From positions 39,184,001-39,248,000 of the forward strand of contig NC_088858.1 of assembly GCF_963853765.1 (NCBI RefSeq): DNA of 64,000 nucleotides. The letters are read 5' to 3'. The stretch is from Magallana gigas. Its lineage: Eukaryota. Under the pieces are notes generated by a model, which saw nothing but the letters and a program-made list of their open reading frames with translations, searched no databases and was not told where the DNA came from. Shown here one piece after another: positions 48,412 to 60,300 of this stretch (positions within the stretch are counted from its first letter, which is position 1; each line of letters opens with the position of its first letter). Both the position numbers and the translations under genes were made by a program.

Positions 48412-51381
48412 TTATCGATGCCTAGCATACTGGCGTTCAAATCTTCTTGACGCTTCCTCGTCCACATAAGTATTGAACGGCTTGGCTCGAGCACGATTCT
48501 CCAACAGATCCTCGCTTCTCTTCTTTTCACGACCTTTCTTGCTCCTCTTGACGTCACCATTACAACTACAGGCCTGACCAAAATCTAACGGAGGCAGCAC
48601 GACTCTCTCTGAAGGCACTTCCGGGAAAAGTGGGACGGGTTGTCCTCGAACTGGTCCGTATCCCGGAACGTACCCCACAACCGGCCTCTGTGTCCGGCCA
48701 TGTTTGGGCTGATTCTCGATGACAGGAAATGACGTATTGCTGGAAGTACGCTTTCTCCCTCCCGGATACGCTTGTCCGACGTCTTCCTTCATCACACGGA
48801 CAGCTCCATATCCGGGAACGTAACCCACAGTGGTTTTCTTTTTAGCGTTGGACGGCTTACGTCGAACGTGCTCGTTTTCATCAGCATAAGAAGATCTCTT
48901 TCCAGCCTTCCTTTTGGTTTTCTCTTTCATTCTTTTGTATTCGGGAATCTGATCCAAGTTATCATAGACGTGTGCAATGCTAGGATGCATGTGTGTGAGA
49001 CAATACCCGGGATGGTAGCCTGATTGACTCTGGACCAGATCATTGGAGGTAGGGGGACCAAGATATCCAAAATCTACATCTGATAGCGTGCTGCTGGGAT
49101 AAGCTCGGCCACCGTCTGCCGCAAATCGTCCATGCACTGTGTCCACTTGCCAATCGTGAATCTCTTTATCGGTCATGAAGTTGAGGCGGGGTGTGCTGTC
49201 GGGTTTTCCCTCGGTATGATCATCTCTAACAGATGTTTCATGTTTGATATCGTAGTTGACAGACTTCATCTCAATTTTAGACTCTGGAGATTTTGCAAGA
49301 GCTCTGTCAACGATCCCAGTATCAACAGCCGACTCATGATGTACATTTCTTTCTTCTTCCTCAATCGGTTCAAAGTCATCTTCATACGTGAAACTGTCTT
49401 CATTGTGACAAAGTTTTTTCTTGGTGATAGGGACTTCGGTGCTGACAATAGGGTCTTTTCGTGCTTTATTTTGGAGTTCATCTTTGTCTCCAGTGTTGTT
49501 GATCTGTTTTTCAGAGGCTATTTTAGTTTTCTTTGCAGACTTCGCAGTGAGAGCTCCCTTCCTTTCGAGTTTCCGTTTTTCTTCATAAGCCTTTCTTCTT
49601 TCCAAAGCATTCATCTGAGTATTTTCCTCTTTCTTGTGACCTGCTTTTGGGACGCTTGCTTTCTTTTTCATTTTATTAACAATTGCATCTGATGTTTTGT
49701 TTTCTCTGCTAGACACATTTTTAACGCTCTCTATGACACTAGTGTTGGAGTCTTCAAGTTTCTCCTTGGACATTCTCTTTGCATTATCCTTTGCTTTGGC
49801 ATTTGCAGTCTCTGTTCTTTTCGGCGTGACAGATCGTATTGGTATTTTGCTGGATCGACCAGACGAAACACCCATTGAAGTCTGGGATGTACTTGACTTT
49901 TCTGAAGCAAGTTTCGGTGACTTGTCCTTTGTTTCATCAATCCTCTTCTCATTGTTTGCACCCTCATTTGAAGAAGAAGCGACCCCACCAACACTGGACA
50001 TGGTGAACGACACTTGTGAACTGAAGTCCATTTTTCTTTTATCGTCTTTTACTAGTATTTCAGTGTCTACTGATTTGCTGTGTACTTTATTACCGAAAAT
50101 TCCGCTTGGAGAATTCGTTACACTGTATACGATAGGCGGGGAATCTTGTCTAATTTTGTCTTCATTGCATGTGATCTGTGCAAAGTCTTTGACACGTGGC
50201 GTTCTGGTTCTGACTGGTATATGGCTTGCATTGCTTCGACTAGAGGCATACTCTTTTCCAACAGAAGTGGACGATTCGTTGTTTTGTGGCTTTGGTTGGT
50301 CCAGCGGTACAATTTCCGTATCCTGTTTTGAACCAGACTGAATTGATTTTCGACGGTATTGAACATTTTCAGAACTTTTGCTCCCAGTAGATCTTGGGGT
50401 ACTCTGGGTGCTCTGTATAGAAGGTGAGTAGATTTGTTTGATAGAAGGCGATGGAGTTTGTCTATCTTTGTTCATGCTGGATTCTAGAACGCGTCCTCTA
50501 GAACTGACACTGTTAGCTGATGAACCACGCTGTCCACGTGCTGGTGTTCCACTTCTCGTCAAATCTCTCGACACCAAACTGGATGATCTCGAAGTGGATC
50601 CAATATCTGAACGGGCGCTTCCTGCACGAGAACTCACATGGCTACTTTTGCTCGAGTTTCTGTTTTCTTGGGATGATTTTTCATTCCTCTTCTTGAGGGA
50701 CTTTGCTGATTTGACGGCTGAACGCTCAGTGGTTGCTGTAGATACAACAGAATCCCGGTCGTCATCAGTTGGGCTACAGCCATTGTTCTGCTCAATCCTT
50801 GATTCGTTGCTGGCAGAACTTCGCACACGGTTGTTCTTGCTTGAGTTTCTGCTCTCTTCTCTTCTTGTGCTGAGAGAATTTGCTGGTTTGACGACTGAAC
50901 GCTTTGATGATGTTTTTGATACAGCAGAAGCTCGGTCACCATTAGACGATTTGCCGCCATTGTTCTGCCCGGCTCTTGATCCGTTGATGGCAGACGATCT
51001 GCCACTAGCTGGAGTTGATCCATCTGGATCGGTGCTTCTTCGAATACAGCGGCTTGAGAGCTCGCTGTATACTCGTGCAGCCACTATCTCATCTTTTAGT
51101 ACACCACTCATTCTTAGGTCATTGCAAATCTGGCTGCACACGCGCTCAATGATGGACTCTACAGAGGGTAATTCCTCAGTTGGTCTGGGTGTATCACTTG
51201 TTCTCTGGGCACTGAATGCCTGAACACGACCATCTCTGGAGTCCTTGTTTGGGGAAGTAATTCTGGGTGTCTCTCTAAAAGACCTGGGGCTTTCTTCATT
51301 CCAAGCGATACCCGGAATTCTAATAGAACACTCCGACTCAGTGAAGTTTGGGGTGTAATTTCCTTCCACAGGAAATTCCAT
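48412..51381 (-). CDS. Uncharacterised 989-aa Ser/Arg/Lys-rich, largely disordered protein, copy 2 (single coding exon)
   Basis: 3.0-kb ORF with the same N- and C-termini as copy 1. Putative 5' UTR intron at 52328-51441. Confidence 0.85.
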   Translation of the reverse strand: MEFPVEGNYTPNFTESECSIRIPGIAWNEESPRSFRETPRITSPNKDSRDGRVQAFSAQRTSDTPRPTEELPSVESIIERVCSQICNDLRMSGVLKDEIVAARVYSELSSRCIRRSTDPDGSTPASGRSSAINGSRAGQNNGGKSSNGDRASAVSKTSSKRSVVKPANSLSTRREESRNSSKNNRVRSSASNESRIEQNNGCSPTDDDRDSVVSTATTERSAVKSAKSLKKRNEKSSQENRNSSKSSHVSSRAGSARSDIGSTSRSSSLVSRDLTRSGTPARGQRGSSANSVSSRGRVLESSMNKDRQTPSPSIKQIYSPSIQSTQSTPRSTGSKSSENVQYRRKSIQSGSKQDTEIVPLDQPKPQNNESSTSVGKEYASSRSNASHIPVRTRTPRVKDFAQITCNEDKIRQDSPPIVYSVTNSPSGIFGNKVHSKSVDTEILVKDDKRKMDFSSQVSFTMSSVGGVASSSNEGANNEKRIDETKDKSPKLASEKSSTSQTSMGVSSGRSSKIPIRSVTPKRTETANAKAKDNAKRMSKEKLEDSNTSVIESVKNVSSRENKTSDAIVNKMKKKASVPKAGHKKEENTQMNALERRKAYEEKRKLERKGALTAKSAKKTKIASEKQINNTGDKDELQNKARKDPIVSTEVPITKKKLCHNEDSFTYEDDFEPIEEEERNVHHESAVDTGIVDRALAKSPESKIEMKSVNYDIKHETSVRDDHTEGKPDSTPRLNFMTDKEIHDWQVDTVHGRFAADGGRAYPSSTLSDVDFGYLGPPTSNDLVQSQSGYHPGYCLTHMHPSIAHVYDNLDQIPEYKRMKEKTKRKAGKRSSYADENEHVRRKPSNAKKKTTVGYVPGYGAVRVMKEDVGQAYPGGRKRTSSNTSFPVIENQPKHGRTQRPVVGYVPGYGPVRGQPVPLFPEVPSERVVLPPLDFGQACSCNGDVKRSKKGREKKRSEDLLENRARAKPFNTYVDEEASRRFERQYARHR

Positions 51382-51557
51382 AGCTAGATATATGTTGCGT
51401 TGATTGACTTTAAAGGTTGATTAGCTACATGAAACAAGGCCTGAAATGGAAACAAGAGATGTTATAGAGTACATTTTTAACTCTTTTAGTACGAACACGG
51501 ATAGTTTTTTTAAGCCCCCGGTAAAATTCTTATCAAATCTTTGCAAAATTTAACGGA

Positions 51558-51758
51558 TACTGCAAACAGGGAAATATTCGCCCGTTTTACTTTCGCCCCT
51601 TTCGCCCTCGTTGTCTCGGGCGAATTTAAGACTGTACGAATTCTAATGTCTCAAATTGTATCTCTTAAAATCAACTGTATCTGGGCGAATTTAAGACGGG
51701 AAACCGTTTGCAAGTAGGGCGCAAATAACACAGGGTAAAAATAACCCTGTATACAGTA
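51558..51758. mobile_element. TA-flanked Tc1/mariner-like MITE, nested in a larger MITE-like insert (~51480-52120) in the 5' UTR intron of copy 2
   Basis: TACTGCAAACAGGG / CCCTGTATACAGTA termini and internal GGCGAATTTAAGAC repeats. The insert is absent from the copy-1 intron. Confidence 0.7.
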
Positions 51759-52595
51759 TAAAGAATTCGGATATATCGAATTTACGGATATAGAGGTGAA
51801 TAATAACAAAATTCAACACTTTAATAACGAATTTCTTTACAAATTAAAAAGTTCCCACTAACATTTAAAATAATAGTTTGAATGAATTTATTTTCATATA
51901 AATGTTTCAATTCACAATCCGATTATTAAATGTATCAAAGTAATGCATTTTTTATTTTAAGCCTCAATTAGCAAAAAATATAGTATGGTGAAAGAAAATA
52001 TGTATATAGTGAATTCGCTACATTTATTACGAATTCGTTATACGGATATAACAAATTACGGGTATAACGAAGTAAATCCATTGGTCCCTAGGACTTCGCT
52101 ATAACCGAGTTTTTCTATATATATGTAATCATATAACCTAATTTGCATTATAAATAACAATTCATGTGAATTAGTGTACGTGTAACGCAAGATATTTGTA
52201 ACAACGTTGAAACAATTATTGAAAAAGACGACTGAAATAAAACTATTTATTTACATAGAATACGCATTTATAAGACTATTTCTATGACTTACTAGTATTC
52301 ACTTTGAAAATAATAAAATTTTACTTACCAAATAAATGCGGCCAAGGGTTTGTTTATTGTACTCCTTTTTTAAATCTCCGCTACTATCCGATGTTTATTG
52401 GTGATTTTCTCAGATGACGACACTAAATGAATGGTTAGACCAATTTTCAAGCTCTGTGATGAATACACCACGATCTAAATCGCAAAAAGATTGGTAAAAT
52501 CTGACGAGGCAGTAAGTTACCAACCGGCGGTTCCAAGATGACTTCTTAGAATGATTGTGACGTAGCTTAAACTAGTGATGAATGAAATAAAGACA

Positions 52596-52763
52596 TGACG
52601 TCAAAGAACATTGTGACGTCAAAGAAAATCAAGCCAAATTCACAATCTACATGTATATATTTACATTCTACTGTGTTTTTCCATTAAATCCTGTGATCTT
52701 CAAATGCCTCTAAATGCAACAAGTAGTCAAAGGTCAAATTGACGAGTTTTTGTTATGACGTCA
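52596..52763. promoter_or_regulatory. Three perfect CRE palindromes upstream of orphan copy 2
   Basis: TGACGTCA at 52596-52603, 52614-52621 and 52756-52763, plus TGACG half-sites at ~52502, ~52558 and ~52740. Confidence 0.5.
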
Positions 52764-52935
52764 CAAACGTTAAACGCTGTAAACTGCAACGTCACAAGCG
52801 AAAATCAAAGTTCACGCTTGTGGCTGTTACTGTGGCTCTTCCATTAATATTAACTTACCCTTAGGATAAGATAGGAATTTGAAGGTATGAATCGCATTTG
52901 CAGACAAGGCAAGAAGTTAAAAAAATGTAAATATA

Positions 52936-53092
52936 AGCATTAAATCATGATTTTTTGAAGTATACACTGTCATAACTGCAGCGGTGTGTGCATACAAATT
53001 TTCATAACGCGCTAACGCGCGTTACTCAATTTGTATGCACACACCGCTGCAGTTATGAGAGTGTATACTTCAAAAAATCATGATTCAATGCT
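52936..53092. mobile_element. 157-bp near-perfect foldback element
   Basis: ~65-bp inverted arms with 2 mismatches (AGCATTAAATCATGATTTTTTGAAGTATACACTGTCATAACTGCAGCGGTGTGTGCATACAAATT and its reverse complement) around an inner AACGCGC-TAAC-GCGCGTT hairpin. TATA lies on both flanks. Confidence 0.8.
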
Positions 53093-54370
53093 ATAATATA
53101 TGTCATTCGCGCTTTACGACACTGTGTTGTATCGCTATGAATTGAATATCTTATTGTTTGTCCATGATTTTCTTTTCATATTCAAAGAATTGAATCTGTT
53201 ATTTAAAAGAAAACAAAATTGTGAAAGATTTTCCTTAGAAGTTTGAAGAATATTCGGGATGAGCTGTAAATTCCATATCAAATTAATGTATTTTTATACT
53301 GTATTATTTTTAAAATCATTGCTGCTTCCAAATTTTAAACGTTTAATTAACACTTCTCTTCTCAAAATTTTTATTAATACAATCTGCTTATTTGTTTCGG
53401 TTGTTTTTAATGATGCAATATCACTTGAAACAATATTGAAACATCTACATTGTACATGTAACTGTAGAAATAGAATTGTTTAAAATATTAATAAACTTCA
53501 GAAGATTGAATCATTTTTATCTTTTAATATTTTGCATATAACAATAACACATAGGAACCATTACATAAAAAATGTAAAAACACATTTTTGCATAAGAATT
53601 GTTTAACATGAAAGTTAATAAAGGATTGTACCCATTGATTTGACATGTTTCCTCAAGATCAGACTGTAAGTATGTATACAAATAATACTGACACAACCAT
53701 TGAAATTGTTACCTGACAAAAAGTACAAGATTCACAGACTGGAATCAAAGGACTGTAAGTTATGAACGCAGCAAATCTGCCCCTAAAACATCTTTACTTG
53801 ACTTTTTAATTCAGGTTTACTTTGCAAAGTAATACAGACCGATTAAAATAATGACTATTAATTTGAATTTAATGCCCTTTATCTAGAAATATGACATTGT
53901 CCTGCCCTTTCAGCATAAAACTGCTAATTCGAATCATTCTTTTATTACTGTCCCTAGAAAATATTAGCAGCAAGTTTGAGCAAATGTTATTTTCATCAAA
54001 GAAGTTACAATGTATCATACCTACCCAATACCGATTTCAGAAAATGTTGGTTAGGCAAAATTTCTTTGTATCATTCTGATTGGAATTCTAGTGTCATTTA
54101 CCGCTATTGAGTGCAAACAAATATGAAAAATTGGTAGAAAATCTATCTTATCAAAACTTTACTACAAAAGAACAAAGAAATGTAATGTATATGAACATGT
54201 ATTTGCACCTGAGACTTTTTAAAATGTTGTTTGATAAAGGGGGGGGGGTGTAAAAGTGACACTATCATTTACTTACAGTCCTTTGATTTCACTATACATG
54301 TACTTCCAATTTACTTTTATGATAAAAAGTTTCAGTATGAAACTAATAAAAATATGGGTCTTCCTTCTAA

Positions 54371-57300
54371 TCAGATCAAGAGGGCAACATAATGCTGAGG
54401 AGCTATAATGAACTTCAGTGACTCTCCTGTAAAAAGAGGAAAGAAGACACATGTAATGTACATTATCAATACATGAACATTATCAAAAACGTGTTAATGC
54501 AGATGCAAAGCCAATGCCATCCAATGAAAGTAAAAAAAACCTCAAATAAATAATGAGTTGCCTCTGTGTTTATAAATACTAGTAAGAAACATATTTCTGA
54601 TGCTACAAATGAGAGAATAAGAGATTTTAGAATAAATTTATAAATTCCAGTAGAGATTTTTGCCACAAACCTTTAATGACAGACTCGTTGGACAGAACGT
54701 TGACGTAGCGTTGAGTGGACTGTGGAATGTACATCTGTCGCCTCAGCATGGCACACTCTTTGAAGCCAGGTTTCCATTCCTTCCTGTTGCCATGATAAAA
54801 CATTCAAATTGTTATATTTATATCTTCCAAGTATTATTTCCTCTATTTCTTATGGATTCATAGGTCTATTGAAACAACCAGACTGAAATCTACACGCCCC
54901 GTATATCGATTGGCTGAAATTGCGATCACTGCAGAAAAAATACATAACCCGTGTTAAACCCACATTTGAAAAATATAATGTCTCAGAGCTAAGGTATCAA
55001 AATGAGAAAAAAAACTTAGCCTGATATTCTAGCATTTGAGAACTCATATTTTAAAACAGTTCACTTTCTCTAAGGGTTAGATCAGTTAAAGTAATCAGGT
55101 TGTATTTTGATAAACTAGTTGCTGACATGTAGCAATTGCCTAAAATTTACATTGGGAGATAGAAATACGGCTTAAATTTTGAAAAAGACTCATCATACCA
55201 AGTGCTTTCAATCCTCCTTATTTCAACTTCATCAACCTCTGTCAAATCACCGATGAACTTAGTCTCGTACCCTCCTTCAAAGACAATCAAGTTTGACTCT
55301 CACCAACAGCACAAGAATAGAACAAAATCATTGTCAAAATTTAAAAACAAAGATTCAAAATTGCATGGAACTGATTCAGTTAAATACATGTAACAAAAGT
55401 TGTCCATGTCCCATATTAACAAAAATGAATGAACAATTATGAAAAAGGTTGTCCTTTCATTAGAATCAATTTCACAAACTGTTATACAATGTATAGATAA
55501 AATGATACGTAAAAAAATTAAAAAAAAAACTGTTTCAGAAAAGTGCAATAATTTCAGATGTTAACATTAAACTTTTTTTTTAAAACTATGTTAAGAAATG
55601 CATACCTGTTGAAAGATTCCAAGCAAAACAGAAGCTAGTCTGGTATCTTCTGATGGCATTTTTACTACAATATAAAACAAAAGAAAATTGATTTTTTAAG
55701 TACCAGTATTGATCGTTTATTTAACATACAAGATTTAATATGCCATAAAACAAATCACTTTTCCATTGTTATGACATACAGTGGTCAAATCATAGGTATT
55801 TATTGTTCTTCCAAAAATTAAAGATTTCAAAACTGACGCACCTGCGTTTGATTTTCCTACTAGCATCTGATTCTTCTTTGGCATGGATGAGTGCAAACAC
55901 CTTTCCAATCACTGTTGTACTTTCCGCACATACCTGAAAATGTTGATTTAAATCATTAGAGTCATCCTCAATTAAGATTGACAAGTCACCAATCTTTATC
56001 ATGATATGCAAGAGAAATATAAGCAATAAATTGAGGAACTGCTATAGCATTACTGCATTTCAATAACTGAAATTAGTACATGTTTTACATTACTTATCAG
56101 CATTTTGATAAGCTACAATAATAAACAGGATATTTAGATATCTCACATCTAAGATCTGCAGGTCATAGTTAGTGAAAGCAATGTATCTGTGTCCCCAGTC
56201 AGCAAAATGGCCGATGACTTCCTCTAGATAATGCTCCACATCAAATGTCAACTGGGTCACACGAACACATTCCTTAAAAAAAGAACAATTTCACTTTGAT
56301 ATCAAACAGCAAAAAATTCAAAACTAAAACTCATTGGTATTTTCATAATTTTTCAAAGTAAAAAACAAAAACCATTTTGAAAGTTTTGTCCTTTTCAGTT
56401 TGCATTACATTTGTGGTACCAGAAGAAACCTTGGATTAAAGAAACAGTGGATTTATCATTCTTGGATTAGTAAACCATGTACCTGCAATGCCTCTCTGCA
56501 ATGAGCAGGAGAGAATGGCTTATCTTTGTCACCATACACTTCTAGAGGCAGTATACTTCTGTAGGCAAGATCAAAGTCCTCTGAAACCAGACAGCATGTG
56601 ACTTTGATGAATCAATGTTAGTCACCAAACTCATTTGTACAATTCAAATTTTTTTTCATTTTTGGTTAATAAAAATATTGGTAGAAAGAAGACATGGCAA
56701 TTATTTTCATCACTCACTCACCCACGTTTTATTGATACATATGCATGTATAACTAATATTTGTATACATACAAGTGTACCAGTACTTACTTAAGCAGTAA
56801 ATATAATACAATGACACATTTTGCACTGCTTCTTGTCAAGTTCGCACATGCTGATACATGGTTTAAACAAATAATAAAAATAGAAGCTTGGTTTTATAAA
56901 TTATATGCAATAATTCATGATCAAACTACATGTAATCTGTTTAATAGGGTAATTCTGTTAAATTTTGAGTGAGCTAATGTATGTACATACTAGTATATCT
57001 GCAGTATGTTTAATCACTTGGCTTTATTGCTTTATTACCTTAAAAACCCATCAATCAGTGATTCAAGTAAACAAATTAAGTGACAAAATGTAAAACCAGA
57101 ATATCTGATGTTTATCATGTTACCTTCTACAATGCCGGGGGATTGATTTCCGCTCTGCAGGGTGTGGGAGAACTTCCTGACAGTGTAGGTGACCGTCCTG
57201 GTCTCGTTGACCTGTAAGTACACACTCTCTGCACTCTTACTGGTACTAGTGGTACTGGTACCACTGTTGGAGGGAGAGAAAAAAGATCGCTGAGAAGGGG

Positions 57301-60300
57301 CCGGATTTTTGTTCCCAAAAAGACAGTTGTTGCACATGGGACTGGGCTGAAGTGGGCTACATACTGGGCTGTATAAGGGCCCAGGGGACTTGACTGGGCC
57401 TGGGGATCGACAGTTAGCCGGCTGGGTGGGTGAGGGACACCTTGCATTGTCTGAAGCTTCATTGGGTGGGGTGGACTTCTGGGACATGTTTGTCAAAGCA
57501 GAGTTACATCTGGACATCTCACTGGTATCACACTTTGAGGGTGACTTAAGGCACTTGATAGTTTCCAGTGGAGAATTATCCTTGTCGATCGTGTGAACTT
57601 GAGATCCACTTTCATGAACTTCTTGCATCACAGAGTTATTTTGAGTGAGCACATCTGCATTTTGTGAGGTATCTGTATTCACATGAATATTGTCCAACCA
57701 GTCTTGGGAGGAAGGCACTAGAGACCCAGCATGCTTGCATAATTTTGGCCCCTCCACAAAGCTACCTCTCGGAGAACGCTGACGAGTGTACTCTTTTAAC
57801 AAGCCACCATCCATATTCTCCTTTTGACTCTCATCCATTAAATCCATAGAATGTGGTGAAGGACAAAGTGTGGCATCCAAATATTTACGGCGACAGTCAC
57901 ACAATGTGGGGGAAACTGGTCCTCTAGAATACTGCTTAAGACTCTCTAGTTTTGGATTCTCCAAATACTGGTCCTTGTTTTGATTGTCAATTAGAACTGA
58001 AACTTCTGTTAATGCTATGGAGGAGGTTGATTCTTCTTCATCAAAGCCATCCACATTGACTGTCAGAGCTACGATGGAATCCCCTGTGTTTATCACAACA
58101 ACACCATCTATTTTCAATTGTGTTCTTGGTCCAAAAGGTGGGAAAGGTGGTGTTAACTCAAACTTTGTATGAACTGAAAAAGCATGCTTCATGCATGGAA
58201 TTTTGATTGGCTTCTGCTTTTTATCTTCATCTGAAATATAAAACCAAATGTCTTAAAAATGCAAATGCTTGTTGAAAACAAGATAAAAAAAATTATTTTC
58301 ATTAAAACCAGTAATTCTGTGCATTCATAAGTTCACAAGGGGGCAGGAAAAAGTCTATGAAAGTTTTCTTTCTGTATATACCTGATGATATCACTTGACA
58401 AAATTCACATTGCTGTAGAGGAGGTACTGATGTTATTGTCATGTAACATGAGGAACATCCATCTTGGGTTTGGCTTGGGAGACTGAAAGTATAAAAAATT
58501 TGCATCTGCAGTAGAAATCATGCATTGAAATATTTACCTACTGTTTAAAATATTATAAATACATATAGGTACAAGTGTAAAATGTCCATGTTTTTGCAAA
58601 AACCAGACTCATACACATGTAAATAAAATAAATTAAGTTTTGTAAAAAGGGGAACAATTAAAAGTGCTGATTTCAAAAAAATATATACAAAAGGTGTAAG
58701 CAAACCTAAGAACTAGGTACAGTTTCAGTCATATTTTGCCTTGTTTTAGAGTGATTTTTAAAAGTATCAACAAAAATGGAAATGAAACATTTATCAACAC
58801 AAAAATACCCAAAAACTAAGTCTATAAATAGTTACCTGCTTAGACTTTCACAAGGGTAATTGTGACGGCACAAACAGTGCATTTGCCGTAATTTTCATAA
58901 AACTGAGCAGAAGACACCAATTCCTCTGTGTTTTTTTTAACAGAAAACTATGTCCGCAGCCATCACCCACGATGAAACTCACATTATAACTTTATCATGT
59001 TAAAACACATAAAATATATTAATTTTGTTGTGGGCGATGGCTGTGGACACATTTTCCTCTTCAAAAAGCTATGACAAAATGTGCCATTTTTCACGATTTT
59101 TGACTTAATCATAGAAATGTGCCAAAATGTTGAAGTCATAATTATTTTTTGAAACAAGATAAAAGTGTATAACTTGGCATTTTATATACACGCATGTTCA
59201 AGATATTATATGTGTATTTTCAGGAGATTTCCATAACTTTTGAATTTTAAGGCAAATATTAAAAGAAACTGCATGCACCTTCTTCTTTGATTCATACCTG
59301 TGTCCAAATATCAGAACCTTAGTGTGGTCAGAGGGCCACTCACAGAATGAGATATACAGGTCCACTGTCAGCTCCTCCTCCCCAAACAGCTTCACCTCGG
59401 ACACCTTCAACAACAGGTGTCTGATGTTTAGTACATTATTCATTGATTGAATTTTTGTATAAACTGGTCCATGGTACATAATCTGATACATTATTTAACT
59501 ATCATTTTGATCATCAATTTTAATAACAAATTAGCCTTAAAAATTCCAATTTAGTGATACATATACTTTATTAAATAAATTAAGCATCAATATAATATAA
59601 AGATTAACATACTAATTAGTACAATATGAATATTCCCTAAATTCTTGCATTATCAAAATTTGATAGAAGACCAAGTTTTAGAAAGTGATAAGTAGCAACT
59701 TTAATAGAGAAAAGGGTTATTTTACCTTAATTGTGTTTATATTATATTGCTTTATAAAACTTGAAATTAACCTCTATCAAATGCATCAGTAACATTACTT
59801 ATTGTTTTAAAACAGATAAAACATTATCTTTAATTTTGCCCAGTTTTATCTTCTAAAAACTTTAAAAAGAGGTTAAAAAAATGTTTTGTACAGTACTTAA
59901 GGGTAACATGGTATTTGTATATACCTTTTTTAGTGGCTGGTTGGGTACAAACCACCACCATTGTAGTCTGTACTCATAAGTACACACAGGAAGGACCGAC
60001 TGGTGATCAGCATCCATAGTACAGGTGTAGGACACCACAAACTGGCCACATTTTGTAAAACCCAGAAACACATGCCTGAAAAAGAAATGGATGATTTGAA
60101 ATACTATACTACATGTATTAATGAGAGGCCCATGGGTCCTAGCAGTCACATGGTTATAATATCTTTATGAAGGATCATGTTGATTAGTAATTCATTATTG
60201 TAATGCTTTTCAGTGCATCATTTATTTTATGCTTAGATGATGCTTAGATATAATGTAATGTTAGCAGATATGTAGCAGATATGAGAATTAAGGAAATGAT

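Noticed and set aside
57124-58230. Large Ser/Pro-rich exon as a separate gene or insertion
   Set aside because: It splices in phase within DCAF15 and corresponds to the disordered central loop known in that protein.
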